A DNA stretch of 29,192 nucleotides from a virus. Lineage: Duplodnaviria > Caudoviricetes. The stretch spans positions 1 to 29,192 of the IMG/VR virus record IMGVR_UViG_3300020045_002701; one strand, written 5' to 3'. Shown here piece after piece: positions 18,758-27,215 of the stretch (positions are counted from its first letter, which is position 1; every line of letters starts with the position of its first letter). A program made the translations under genes and the position numbers. The notes beneath the pieces are model-generated. The model was given only the letters and a program-made list of their open reading frames with translations, was not told the origin of the DNA and searched no databases.

Positions 18758-18999
18758 ATCCAGTCTCCTAAATCAGATACAGAGGGTTTGAGGAAGGCCA
18801 GCTCTGTTGCACGTAGATTATATCCGTATTCTGGTTTTCCTTCAAACAGCCCAATCACTTGATAACAAAAATCTCCTTGACTGTAGACACGTTGAATGGT
18901 GACAATCTTGCCATTGTGGATAGACCCACTTTTTTCTGCAAAATTTACCACCCTAAATCTCTCTCCTACTTTAGGTGTGTAGTCTCCAATATGGTCCAT
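18754..18999 (-). CDS. Small tagged protein (ends DLGDWM), SH3/KOW-like
   Basis: IGDYTPKVGERFRVV...ELAFLKP. Confidence 0.8.
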   Translation of the reverse strand: MDHIGDYTPKVGERFRVVNFAEKSGSIHNGKIVTIQRVYSQGDFCYQVIGLFEGKPEYGYNLRATELAFLKPSVSDLGDWM

Positions 19000-19012
19000 A
19001 ATAATCCCTTTG

Positions 19013-19855
19013 TCAAGATGCGAAGAGAGATTTATTTTTATTGAAGATGTTCAGGTCAATCTCAGACCAGTTACGAGAGTAGAGGGCGTACTGGATATTA
19101 CGAATACCCGTGCGGATACGGTCTTCCGTAACAAAAGGACGAAATACTTGATAGGAACTACCAAGAGCCGTCTTAGCAAACTCCGTGAAACCAAGAGCAG
19201 AAGCTTCCCCAAGGATGTCTGTGGGGCAGGAGATGGTCTTGGCAAACTCCTTAAGTTGGTTCAGAACAGCAGCCCACTGCTTGATCTTATTAAAATCAAT
19301 AGTAGACTCAAGGGCACGAAACTCAACAGAACCATACTTAAACAAGCTGGTGATGTTCAAGCTTGCATAACGCAAATCTTCTGTGTTCAACGACTGAAGA
19401 TCGGAGTTGGCAATGGCTTCACTGATCATGTCCAATGTATAAGAGGCATCAGACATACGGAGACAGAAGTGGTTCCCGCTACGAGTTTTATCGCAATATG
19501 ATAGGAGAACTTCCTCAAACATAAAATACACAGCAAGGAAAGTCATTAGCTGCTTTGGTGTGAGGTCTTGGACATTAACATGAACATGGATACCAGCGCG
19601 ATAGGTTGGTTTCACATTCGTGTTGTGAGAGGTGAGAGCTTTACTAAGCTCCCCAAAAGCCTTGTCAAGGTCTGCAATAGGGAGGGGCTTACGGAGGACA
19701 AATTCCCCACTCTCTCCCCGAAGGGATGGGTCTCTCTCAAGACGCCAATGTTTGCAAACTGACTCTGCGCTAGGCATACCATCAGCTTCCATTTCAATTT
19801 CTACACCTACATCCCCAATTTGCGGGGAACAAGGGATAATATCTACGATTCTCAT
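19013..19855 (-). CDS. Putative amidoligase (COOH-NH2 ligase, glutamine synthetase/GCS fold)
   Basis: GVEIEME, DPSLR...EFV, AGIHVHVN, RYASLN and GSVEFR motifs. Confidence 0.88.
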   Translation of the reverse strand: MRIVDIIPCSPQIGDVGVEIEMEADGMPSAESVCKHWRLERDPSLRGESGEFVLRKPLPIADLDKAFGELSKALTSHNTNVKPTYRAGIHVHVNVQDLTPKQLMTFLAVYFMFEEVLLSYCDKTRSGNHFCLRMSDASYTLDMISEAIANSDLQSLNTEDLRYASLNITSLFKYGSVEFRALESTIDFNKIKQWAAVLNQLKEFAKTISCPTDILGEASALGFTEFAKTALGSSYQVFRPFVTEDRIRTGIRNIQYALYSRNWSEIDLNIFNKNKSLFAS

Positions 19856-20421
19856 GCGGCCTCCATAGCGGATGTAAGGTGTTGTTCAAGGAAGAATTTG
19901 TCTGGGGACAGAACAGGAACGTCTTTGATAATTCTTCCTACAGTGTATTTTCGATAGATCAGCAACAACTCACCAGTTTTGTCACTTACCCCAAAATCAC
20001 GAGAGAAGGCCATAGACCTATTTCTCGTTTTCTTGTTGTAAGTCAAAGCTTCTTGATAACTGGGGAACTTATTAAGAATGGTGTGCGTCAAAGAAGAGAG
20101 GTTAAAATCTCGTTTATCCGCACCATACAACACAAGGCTATTGGTTGACAACCCTTGTCTCCAATCCTTCCTCATAGGTTTTCTACATGCAAAAACCATT
20201 TTTCCCCCAATATTGAAAAACCCTAGTGGGACAGGGGTGAGGTCAAGATCATCCAAAGCAATCTCAGATGCTTCCATTGTCACCTGATCCACACCAAGAC
20301 AAAACACTCGCCCACCACTTTTAGATGTTGAGTGGACATAGAAAGGATTGCCATTGGCTTTCCTAATCAATGTCATGTCAAGTCTTTTAGCAGCATATTC
20401 AAGGTTATCGTTATACATCAA
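19852..20421 (-). CDS. Hypothetical protein in the ligase cluster
   Basis: 189-aa ORF with an AGGAG SD, lying between the two ligases. Confidence 0.8.
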   Translation of the reverse strand: MMYNDNLEYAAKRLDMTLIRKANGNPFYVHSTSKSGGRVFCLGVDQVTMEASEIALDDLDLTPVPLGFFNIGGKMVFACRKPMRKDWRQGLSTNSLVLYGADKRDFNLSSLTHTILNKFPSYQEALTYNKKTRNRSMAFSRDFGVSDKTGELLLIYRKYTVGRIIKDVPVLSPDKFFLEQHLTSAMEAA

Positions 20422-20428
20422 TGTCTCC

Positions 20429-21310
20429 TTAAAACTCAGCTGGGTCTTTTTTCTTTTTCGTCTCTGGGGCTGGGATCAAATTCTCACGATAGAACTTGGG
20501 GGATTTAACACCACCATACTCAAACAAGTAGGAGAGGACATCTTTCCACCCCTCTTGTTTGTTGATCACTTGTTGAGCCGTCAAACCGTAGTGATTTTTC
20601 TCACCAATAGTAGGGTCGTCAAACGTAGCTTTGATAGCGTCAATAGTGTTGTGATAAACCAAGGAACGAAGGATAGGGTTGTTGATCCACTTATTGCTAA
20701 GGACTCGGTATTCCATACCATAAGGTTTGGGACGGAATGCCCCTGCGGCCCCGTACAAGCCTCGCCGACGTTCATCTTGGTCCCAGACAAGGGAGGGTAC
20801 ACCAAGGTATAGGTCAAGGCTCTTGGTGAGCGTTCTACAAGCCTCTAGATGGCCCGGATCATTGATATCAACACCACTGGTCCAACCAACATGGACATGA
20901 CCAGAGGCTGTACGGAAAGGAGTGTTCTCGTTAGGACGAGGATTGGCCTCTCTCGTATAAGCGTTGTAGTCAGGAGAGCAACCAAGCTCACCAGCTTCTT
21001 TGGGTTGAGACTTGATATAGTCCAAGCCAAAATCTGCCACAGGCTCAATGAACAACTCATAACCGGGGACCATCTTTGTAATTTCCTCAAAGACAGTGGA
21101 CATATTCTCCTCAAACTGAGAATACGAATCAGCGGGGTCAATATTAAACTCCAAAGCCATACCGTCAACTTGGACAGCCCCTTTGTCCACCTTAAAGGGA
21201 TTTTCTTTCGATCCGGGGATTAGGCCATGTGCAGACCACAGTTTCCCGAAACGCTTAACGAAAAATTCCGGGTCAGCACCAATTTTAATATCGTAGCCAT
21301 TGACTTTCAT
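20429..21310 (-). CDS. phiEco32-like COOH-NH2 ligase type 2
   Basis: IGADPEFF, DGMALEFN, GCSPDYNAY, RTASGHVHVG and RRGLYGAAGAFRPKPYGMEYRVLSN motifs. Confidence 0.92.
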   Translation of the reverse strand: MKVNGYDIKIGADPEFFVKRFGKLWSAHGLIPGSKENPFKVDKGAVQVDGMALEFNIDPADSYSQFEENMSTVFEEITKMVPGYELFIEPVADFGLDYIKSQPKEAGELGCSPDYNAYTREANPRPNENTPFRTASGHVHVGWTSGVDINDPGHLEACRTLTKSLDLYLGVPSLVWDQDERRRGLYGAAGAFRPKPYGMEYRVLSNKWINNPILRSLVYHNTIDAIKATFDDPTIGEKNHYGLTAQQVINKQEGWKDVLSYLFEYGGVKSPKFYRENLIPAPETKKKKDPAEF

Positions 21311-21313
21311 TCT

Positions 21314-22693
21314 TCAGTTTCCTTGTTTTTTGGTGTAGGTTTCAACATAAGGCAGTAGACGGCAAGCGCCACAATAGAAGGTGGTTTTATCTGCCCACAA
21401 CAGGTCTTCTCTTTCTCCCCACTCAACGGAGATACCACAGCAGTCACAACCTTTTTGCGTGTGTTCTTTGAAGGCTTCAACATTAAGACGAATTTTTGGA
21501 TCAAACCAAGGAGCAGATTGAGACTCTGCCCCCTTAATAATAGAAAATCCGCCCTCTTTCTTCAGCTGAATCCTGACATCAGGGAGCAGCGTGACAAATT
21601 TCAAATCAGACCAGTTGCACCAATAATCTTCTTTTTGTTGCAACACATTTTTGAAAAGCTTAGGGGCCACATAGAAGCCATTACCTTTGGGTGTGACAAG
21701 CTTGTCTTTCGCCTCTAGATACTTACTTTGAGGGATAACAATCCTCACTGACGACCCATCCATAGTCGTACCAAAAGCTGTAGGTCTGTTTGGGATGTTA
21801 TGAAACTCTGTGATGATCAACTGACTAGCAGTTTTCTGCACAGGTTTCTTTGTTTGTGGTTGTTGTTGATTATTTTGAGAGGGGGGAGTCCAACCCTCCC
21901 AACCATCGTAATAATTTCCACCTCGGCTTTGCCCGTAATTGTAAGAGGCTTTCCACTTTTCGACGAAAGGGGGGACCGGGGTTTCCGTGTGAAATACCTC
22001 CTTTGCGTCATTGAGCTGGAAAGTGTAGAGCTGATCTGGCTTACACTCCATAATGTCGTGTCGATTAATACCATTCCTACTCATACCTACAGCAAGCATC
22101 CAAGATTCTGAAGCCCAAAACACTTGCTTGTTGTCTTTGCTGTAGCAAAAGAACAAGGGACGTTGAATATTACGAATAAGGTTAAGCTGCTTTCGTTGTT
22201 TGTCATACCATGATAGGGCTAAAGCCCCATCAGCGTCTTTCCAAACTTCTTTCACATCTTGGGTATGAGACAGATGGCTATAGATAATTTGAGAGTCAAT
22301 CTCAAAGTCTTTATACCCAGCAAAGTCTTTCATAGACCATTTATTGACAGTGCCATTATGTGCCCCAACAGCATTATCAAACTCAAATGGGTGAGCATTG
22401 GCAGAGGTGACAGCCCCTTGTGTGGCATAGCGATTATGCCCAATGAAGATGTCTACAGGTTTTGCTGTAAGCGAACGTCCCTTTTTCCAAAGATTGTGCT
22501 CCCAGAAGAACTCTGAAGCTCCACCAAGGCTCTTAAACAGTTCAATTTCAGTTTTACCGTCATACGCATTTGAGATGGCAGCTACACCAGTGGAGTCTTC
22601 TCCACGAAGAACGTCAAGATAAAGAAGGTCGTAAAAGACTTTCTTAGCATTTTCCGGGAGGGCTTCCCCGATTACCCCTACAAGGCCACAAAT
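21314..22693 (-). CDS. Class II (Ntn) glutamine amidotransferase with C-terminal extension; ATT start
   Basis: Frame extends 120 codons upstream of the listed ATG to ATT-TGT-GGC-CTT-GTA-GGG (xCGLVG). It includes RGEDSTG, GHNRYAT, NAHPF, HNGT and DSQ. An AAGGAG SD lies 7 nt upstream. Confidence 0.9.
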   Translation of the reverse strand: MCGLVGVIGEALPENAKKVFYDLLYLDVLRGEDSTGVAAISNAYDGKTEIELFKSLGGASEFFWEHNLWKKGRSLTAKPVDIFIGHNRYATQGAVTSANAHPFEFDNAVGAHNGTVNKWSMKDFAGYKDFEIDSQIIYSHLSHTQDVKEVWKDADGALALSWYDKQRKQLNLIRNIQRPLFFCYSKDNKQVFWASESWMLAVGMSRNGINRHDIMECKPDQLYTFQLNDAKEVFHTETPVPPFVEKWKASYNYGQSRGGNYYDGWEGWTPPSQNNQQQPQTKKPVQKTASQLIITEFHNIPNRPTAFGTTMDGSSVRIVIPQSKYLEAKDKLVTPKGNGFYVAPKLFKNVLQQKEDYWCNWSDLKFVTLLPDVRIQLKKEGGFSIIKGAESQSAPWFDPKIRLNVEAFKEHTQKGCDCCGISVEWGEREDLLWADKTTFYCGACRLLPYVETYTKKQGN

Positions 22694-22704
22694 AGCGAAG
22701 CTCC

Positions 22705-23325
22705 TTACAGATTAAAGAAGGTTTGAATGTATCCGAAATACGTTGTCTGACAATCGTGGTCAATATCAACATACTCTGGATGAGGTTGATAACACAAACT
22801 ATTGGTGTTTGCGTAGAACACAGCCTCAATGTCTGGATTTGTACCTCCCACCTCTTGCACTTCCCAACCTTGCTTGAAAGTTGAGCAATCAGCAGTTAGG
22901 AGGACAATTGCGTCAGTGGAAGGGATCATCATTTGGTGATGTGTAGAAGTCACCATAATCTCTTCCCCAGTCATTTGGTCAAGAGCTGTGTGAACCCCAC
23001 GGAGAGCATGGCCTGTTACATGTTGCCACATTTTCCCCCCATTCATAACGTTTAGGAATTGTGCTCCACGACAGATACCAGCCATAGGTACTCGTCCATT
23101 AAACTCTAGATAAATCTCTGCTTCTCGTGCATCCCTGTTTGGGTTAGAAAAGGTGGCAGGGTGAGCTTTCTCTCCGTAGTAAGAGGGGGTTACATCTTCC
23201 CCTCCCGTGAATTGGACAAGAGAAATGTTGTCGTCCAACGCATTGTGCGTAACCTCCCAACCGTTCATAGCAAACATCTGGGAAATCTGGCTGTCTAGCC
23301 CAACAATCAGCACTTTATTCCGCAT
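22705..23325 (-). CDS. Class I glutamine amidotransferase-like / peptidase C26 (gamma-glutamyl-gamma-aminobutyrate hydrolase family)
   Basis: TGGEDV.P..YG, RD..E, GICRGAQ, STHHQ and QPHPE motifs. Confidence 0.92.
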   Translation of the reverse strand: MRNKVLIVGLDSQISQMFAMNGWEVTHNALDDNISLVQFTGGEDVTPSYYGEKAHPATFSNPNRDAREAEIYLEFNGRVPMAGICRGAQFLNVMNGGKMWQHVTGHALRGVHTALDQMTGEEIMVTSTHHQMMIPSTDAIVLLTADCSTFKQGWEVQEVGGTNPDIEAVFYANTNSLCYQPHPEYVDIDHDCQTTYFGYIQTFFNL

Positions 23326-24193
23326 TTAGAATCCTCTCCAAGATTTGCTCAAGAACGTTTTTAAAGCCTTCTTCAGTGGTGTACTCCCAACCATCTGTCT
23401 TAATCTTTTCAAAGATGTTAAGATTTTTCTTACTCTGACTGTCTTTTGGACGGACAGTCTTGATCCACCGCATAAAGGCATCAGTGGAAGCAACAGAAGG
23501 AGTTTTCCAAACAGCATTTACATCAACATCATAACCCTTGTAATCTCTTAGGGTAATGTTTTGTAGATTTTTTGGCGTGCCAAGGAGGAAGTTTCTGTAA
23601 TAGGACTCAGCTTGCCCCCCTAGATGGAAGATGCCATGTCCTGCAACCAAGTCTGTAAAAACTACAGAGTAGCGAGATGTGTTGGATTTAACGAAAAGGT
23701 AGGAGAGAATAAGGGCTTCTTCTTCCTTAAAACCCAAACTCAAGATATGTAGATAAGTGGCAAACCTGTTTGCAATGGAGGGGGTGTAGCTTTCACTGAA
23801 AGCCCTAGTGGCAATAAGCGCACTAGCAACGAAGTTTGCAGGAAAGTTGGCATCTACCACCCAACCAAGGGAAAGAACGGCGTCTGCGTCTTTCTCAACG
23901 TGCATTGCCGACCAAGGACTTCTATTCACCATCCAATCAATATATGGTTTTACCTCCTTTTCTGTGTACTTGTGGTCTTGCACAGACGACAAAATGTATT
24001 TGATAGGAAGCTTCACGCCTTTATCAAACAACTGGTATTTTTGCAGAGCACCGTGACAAGGGCCATCCCCCAATTTTTTGTAGGTTAGTTCTCCTCCATC
24101 TTCTAACACCAACCCTACAAAAGCATTACGTGCTGGAAAAGATTCTGCTTGTCCAGCAAAACAACCCCTAATATCTTTAATATTCTCTAACAT
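23315..24193 (-). CDS. Hypothetical protein in the ligase cluster
   Basis: 292-aa ORF with a GAGGTG SD; no family recognised. Confidence 0.8.
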   Translation of the reverse strand: MLENIKDIRGCFAGQAESFPARNAFVGLVLEDGGELTYKKLGDGPCHGALQKYQLFDKGVKLPIKYILSSVQDHKYTEKEVKPYIDWMVNRSPWSAMHVEKDADAVLSLGWVVDANFPANFVASALIATRAFSESYTPSIANRFATYLHILSLGFKEEEALILSYLFVKSNTSRYSVVFTDLVAGHGIFHLGGQAESYYRNFLLGTPKNLQNITLRDYKGYDVDVNAVWKTPSVASTDAFMRWIKTVRPKDSQSKKNLNIFEKIKTDGWEYTTEEGFKNVLEQILERILNAE

Positions 24194-24201
24194 GTATCAC
24201 C

Positions 24202-25068
24202 TCAGACAAGGATTGCATCAGGAGTGAGGGCAGGATGGATGAATTTTTTCCATCCACCACGTTCCTCGGTTACAGGGATAGCAGCTTTGCCGTGCTCAAT
24301 CAAATAGTCGAAACATTTCGACATACACTCTTGACGATAAGGGCTGGTTTGCGAGGGGGCAGAATTGATCTCAATAACATATGGACGACCATCTGCATCA
24401 AGCATCACATCAACAGCGCCAAAATCAAGCCCTGATAGGAGGAAAGCTTCACGGCTAACCCTAACAGCTTTGAGAGGCCACTCTCCCCAATTCACATTGT
24501 CAAAGCGACCTCCACGGGCCACATTCCATGCAACATCTTGGGGATTGCCCGGTGTCTTCTTAGCTACCCAACATACACGGCCCTGTACGAACGTCACACG
24601 GTACTCAGAGACCTTATCAATGAAGGGGCTGGCATACCACCCTGCTCCACATTGCTGCGTTGCTAGGGCCATCTCAGCCTCTGTACGGGCCAAGTGAACA
24701 TTACGTCCTTGGGAATGTGTTGCGGGGCGAACGACAAGAGGAAAATCATACCCTCCGTGAGGTGTATCCTCCCCATCAAAATACGTGAATGGACATAGCG
24801 GGTAGGGTTGATCTGGGTCATCTACGTAATCATCCATCAACACTTGACGGAAGCCAGCCTTATTCCCTACACGATGAATGGCCTCTGCCGTATTAACAAC
24901 ATCACGACAAGGGACATTGCTTGTCGTCCCCCAACGAATGACCATAGTGGTGTCAGCAGGGAAGGGCTTGTCATTGCGAATGACAGCATCAATTTTGCTC
25001 GACATACGAACAATTTCTTTACAGGAAGTGCGCCCAAGTTTCTGGCGACGAAGCATTACAACGGTCAT
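24202..25068 (-). CDS. ATP-grasp peptide ligase (RimK/YheC-D-like)
   Basis: IRWG, FPLVVRP..HSQG, EYRV, WNVARGG, LDFGAVD and VIEINSAP motifs. Confidence 0.9.
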   Translation of the reverse strand: MTVVMLRRQKLGRTSCKEIVRMSSKIDAVIRNDKPFPADTTMVIRWGTTSNVPCRDVVNTAEAIHRVGNKAGFRQVLMDDYVDDPDQPYPLCPFTYFDGEDTPHGGYDFPLVVRPATHSQGRNVHLARTEAEMALATQQCGAGWYASPFIDKVSEYRVTFVQGRVCWVAKKTPGNPQDVAWNVARGGRFDNVNWGEWPLKAVRVSREAFLLSGLDFGAVDVMLDADGRPYVIEINSAPSQTSPYRQECMSKCFDYLIEHGKAAIPVTEERGGWKKFIHPALTPDAILV

Positions 25069-25394
25069 AGATAGTCTCCTAGGTTGATTTCTTTCTGAGG
25101 GGCACGAAGTCTTTTCAAAACTTCCATCACCATACCTGCGCCCAGACTTATCGGCACTCCGTAACTCAAATCGCTATACTCACTAAACCAGTTCCATCTC
25201 CAAGGAACACCTTTTTTACGAATTTCCTCTGCTGCAAAGTCCCAGATAAAAGCCCCACTAATATGGCCGGGATTTGCTAGGAGATTGTTGGCAATTACTG
25301 GTAGTGGGAGGTATTTTCTTTGTGTCCAGAGGGTGTCTTTATAGTAAGCCTCTCTAAGAGCATCAGCTGCTTTATCTAAATCCTCCGGTGACAT
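25065..25394 (-). CDS. Tagged protein (ends NLGDYL), family C
   Basis: Start MSPED at 25394 (TGATG); similar to 25394-25726 and 27607-27924. Confidence 0.8.
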   Translation of the reverse strand: MSPEDLDKAADALREAYYKDTLWTQRKYLPLPVIANNLLANPGHISGAFIWDFAAEEIRKKGVPWRWNWFSEYSDLSYGVPISLGAGMVMEVLKRLRAPQKEINLGDYL

Positions 25395-25726
25395 CACATC
25401 CAATCCTCAAGTGATTTGGCAACAGGGGGGTGGATCATCATTTTAAAGACTTGTTCAAACAACACAGCTCCCAGTCCAAACCCATCTCTATAATCTTTAA
25501 AACGCTCTCTAGAGATATCCACACCATACTCGGACAAGGCTTTTACAGCACCGTCCCAAAATAGTAATATATCTATATTACAACGTGCATCAAGACAACT
25601 TTCTGCCACTTCTTTTGGTGAAAGACCTCTTTGGTAAGACGTTTGGCAACCCCTAAACACATCTGGTCTTAAGAGAAGGTTAGCAATTTTTGGTGCTAAA
25701 GAGATTAACTCAACCCCATTGGGCAT
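25394..25726 (-). CDS. Tagged protein (ends SLEDWM), family C
   Basis: GGGAG SD; aligns with 27607-27924. Confidence 0.8.
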   Translation of the reverse strand: MPNGVELISLAPKIANLLLRPDVFRGCQTSYQRGLSPKEVAESCLDARCNIDILLFWDGAVKALSEYGVDISRERFKDYRDGFGLGAVLFEQVFKMMIHPPVAKSLEDWM

Positions 25727-25995
25727 ATCTGCAAACTCCCTGTTTTTCCTTCGTCAAGTTTTAGTGGTTCTGGTTGCACCCAACCAACAGCAGGAATGAC
25801 GTATAGTGTGTCAGGTTGATCACCATCCCCTTGAACTACGAGGAAAGAGTGACCACCAAGGTTAAATTCAATCTCGGTATCTGCCCAAGCGGTTAGACGA
25901 TTGGTATAAACCACTTCGTCACAAGCTTTGTGTGATAGGACCACCTCTGAATACGAAGAGGGGTAGCCCCATTGATAGTGAAGATCAGCGTCCAT
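25705..25995 (-). CDS. Hypothetical protein
   Basis: Likely start MDADLHY at 25995 with an AAGGA SD. Confidence 0.65.
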   Translation of the reverse strand: MDADLHYQWGYPSSYSEVVLSHKACDEVVYTNRLTAWADTEIEFNLGGHSFLVVQGDGDQPDTLYVIPAVGWVQPEPLKLDEGKTGSLQICPMGLS

Positions 25996-26629
25996 TTTCT
26001 TTTCCTTTGATGATGGCGCGGATTTCTTCTGCATGCCGTCCGAAATGTAAAGGCGTTTCAGCACATTGCGCCCACACTTCCAACTGCGCCACTGTCACCA
26101 CCCGCGTCTGCTCATTTTGAGCTACATCCGCTGCGGGCTGACCAGCTAGATTACGGATCACGTCAACAAGCTGACATTTCAGCGTATCCTTGAAGTTCTG
26201 GCTATCGCAGTATTCCCCCAATGCCCTTGCTGCGTCCGCTAACCCTGCAATGTAACCTTTACCGCTACGCGCTGCGGGCTGTGGAGCGGGGCGGGCGTCG
26301 TGTTGGGCGGGTGTGATGAGGGCGCGGATGCGACGTGCCGCCTCTCCAGTAGCTTCACAGTATCCTTCGGACCAATCATCAGCCCCATCACCTCTGCGCA
26401 TTGGCCGATCATCAGATGTATAGGCAGCGACCTTTGCCGCTGCCTCCAGCGCAGCGGCGACCGAGGCTTGGGACAGGTCGGTGCGGGTGCGGTCGTTCCA
26501 CGTCACTTTCATAATTGGCCCAGATGCGCCGCAGTTTGTGCAATACGGGTATGGCCGAAGCCTCGTAAGTTCGCGGTCAATTCCGTGGCTTCCGCAAAAC
26601 GGGCATGGCAATAATTCAATCGCGCTCAT
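25985..26629 (-). CDS. Protein with N-terminal Lar-like (restriction alleviation) Zn ribbon
   Basis: ELLPCPFCG...YCTNCGASGP...WNDR, followed by Ala-rich segments (AALEAAAKVA, ARRIRAL) typical of temperate-phage early genes; GC-rich. Confidence 0.75.
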   Translation of the reverse strand: MSAIELLPCPFCGSHGIDRELTRLRPYPYCTNCGASGPIMKVTWNDRTRTDLSQASVAAALEAAAKVAAYTSDDRPMRRGDGADDWSEGYCEATGEAARRIRALITPAQHDARPAPQPAARSGKGYIAGLADAARALGEYCDSQNFKDTLKCQLVDVIRNLAGQPAADVAQNEQTRVVTVAQLEVWAQCAETPLHFGRHAEEIRAIIKGKENGR

Positions 26630-27117
26630 GTCTTCGGCTCCTTGTCGGCTGTGGGGGTGAGGGCTTGGCGGGCAGCGATAAGCACCTGATGCGCGTGATA
26701 TTCACCCATATCGACAGGGCTGTGTCCGCAATTCATCGGTTCGCTGTGGCTTTCCATTTCGTCTCCGCAGCAACAAACACCGTCCGCCATGTCTGCATGT
26801 TCAATCGCGGCAACGCATCCGGTCAGCGCCTCGGTCAGCGCCTTCACCCGCCCCACTGCGGCGGCTTCGGATGCCCGCAGCGTGGCGTTCTCGGCGGCGA
26901 GGGTGAGATACGCTGCTTCAATGTCGGGTAGGCGGGCTATGCGGCGGGCATCAATCTCAGGCGCACCAGCATTGTTTGAACCGAAGATGCGGTCCATAGC
27001 GCCCGGCTGACGCACTGTATGGCCGACGCGCGTGTATTCGTACACCCACGGCCCCGGCGTTCCTGCTTCGCGGTCAGCCACCATCTGCGCCACCGCTTCC
27101 GGCGATAATCTAGTCAT
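26626..27117 (-). CDS. GC-rich hypothetical protein of temperate-phage type (Ead/Ea22-like)
   Basis: Start MTRLS at 27117 with a GGAGG SD; TPGPW...DARRIA..PD motif, coiled coil, CCCG...CGH. Confidence 0.7.
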   Translation of the reverse strand: MTRLSPEAVAQMVADREAGTPGPWVYEYTRVGHTVRQPGAMDRIFGSNNAGAPEIDARRIARLPDIEAAYLTLAAENATLRASEAAAVGRVKALTEALTGCVAAIEHADMADGVCCCGDEMESHSEPMNCGHSPVDMGEYHAHQVLIAARQALTPTADKEPKT

Positions 27118-27152
27118 CTCAACCTCCAAAAATATTTATTTTCTCAGACCCC

Positions 27153-27182
27153 TTGACAAGGCCCCAAAACAAACTATATACT
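27153..27182 (+). promoter_or_regulatory. sigma70-like promoter, antisense to the surrounding genes
   Basis: TTGACA (27153-27158), an 18-nt spacer and TATACT (27177-27182), with an AT-rich upstream element, in the largest clear intergenic gap. Confidence 0.55.
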
Positions 27183-27215
27183 ACTAGGGGTTTAATTATT
27201 AAAACTAATTAATAA

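Noticed and set aside
17016-18999. Recurrent GAGGATTGGATGT-like sequence as a CRISPR array or integron attC-type repeat
   Set aside because: Copies are degenerate at synonymous positions, non-palindromic and spaced by whole ORFs, with no cas or integrase gene in the window.
19011-19016. Minus-strand TTGACA at the amidoligase stop
   Set aside because: No -10 element at a suitable distance; the next start codon is only 11 nt away.
21314-22333. Listed 339-aa ORF start (MKDFAG)
   Set aside because: It omits the catalytic Cys and the conserved Ntn motifs; the frame extends to ATT at 22693.
26820-26843. Tandem 12-nt repeat CGGTCAGCGCCT x2
   Set aside because: It encodes the ALTEALT helical repeat and is a small in-frame duplication.
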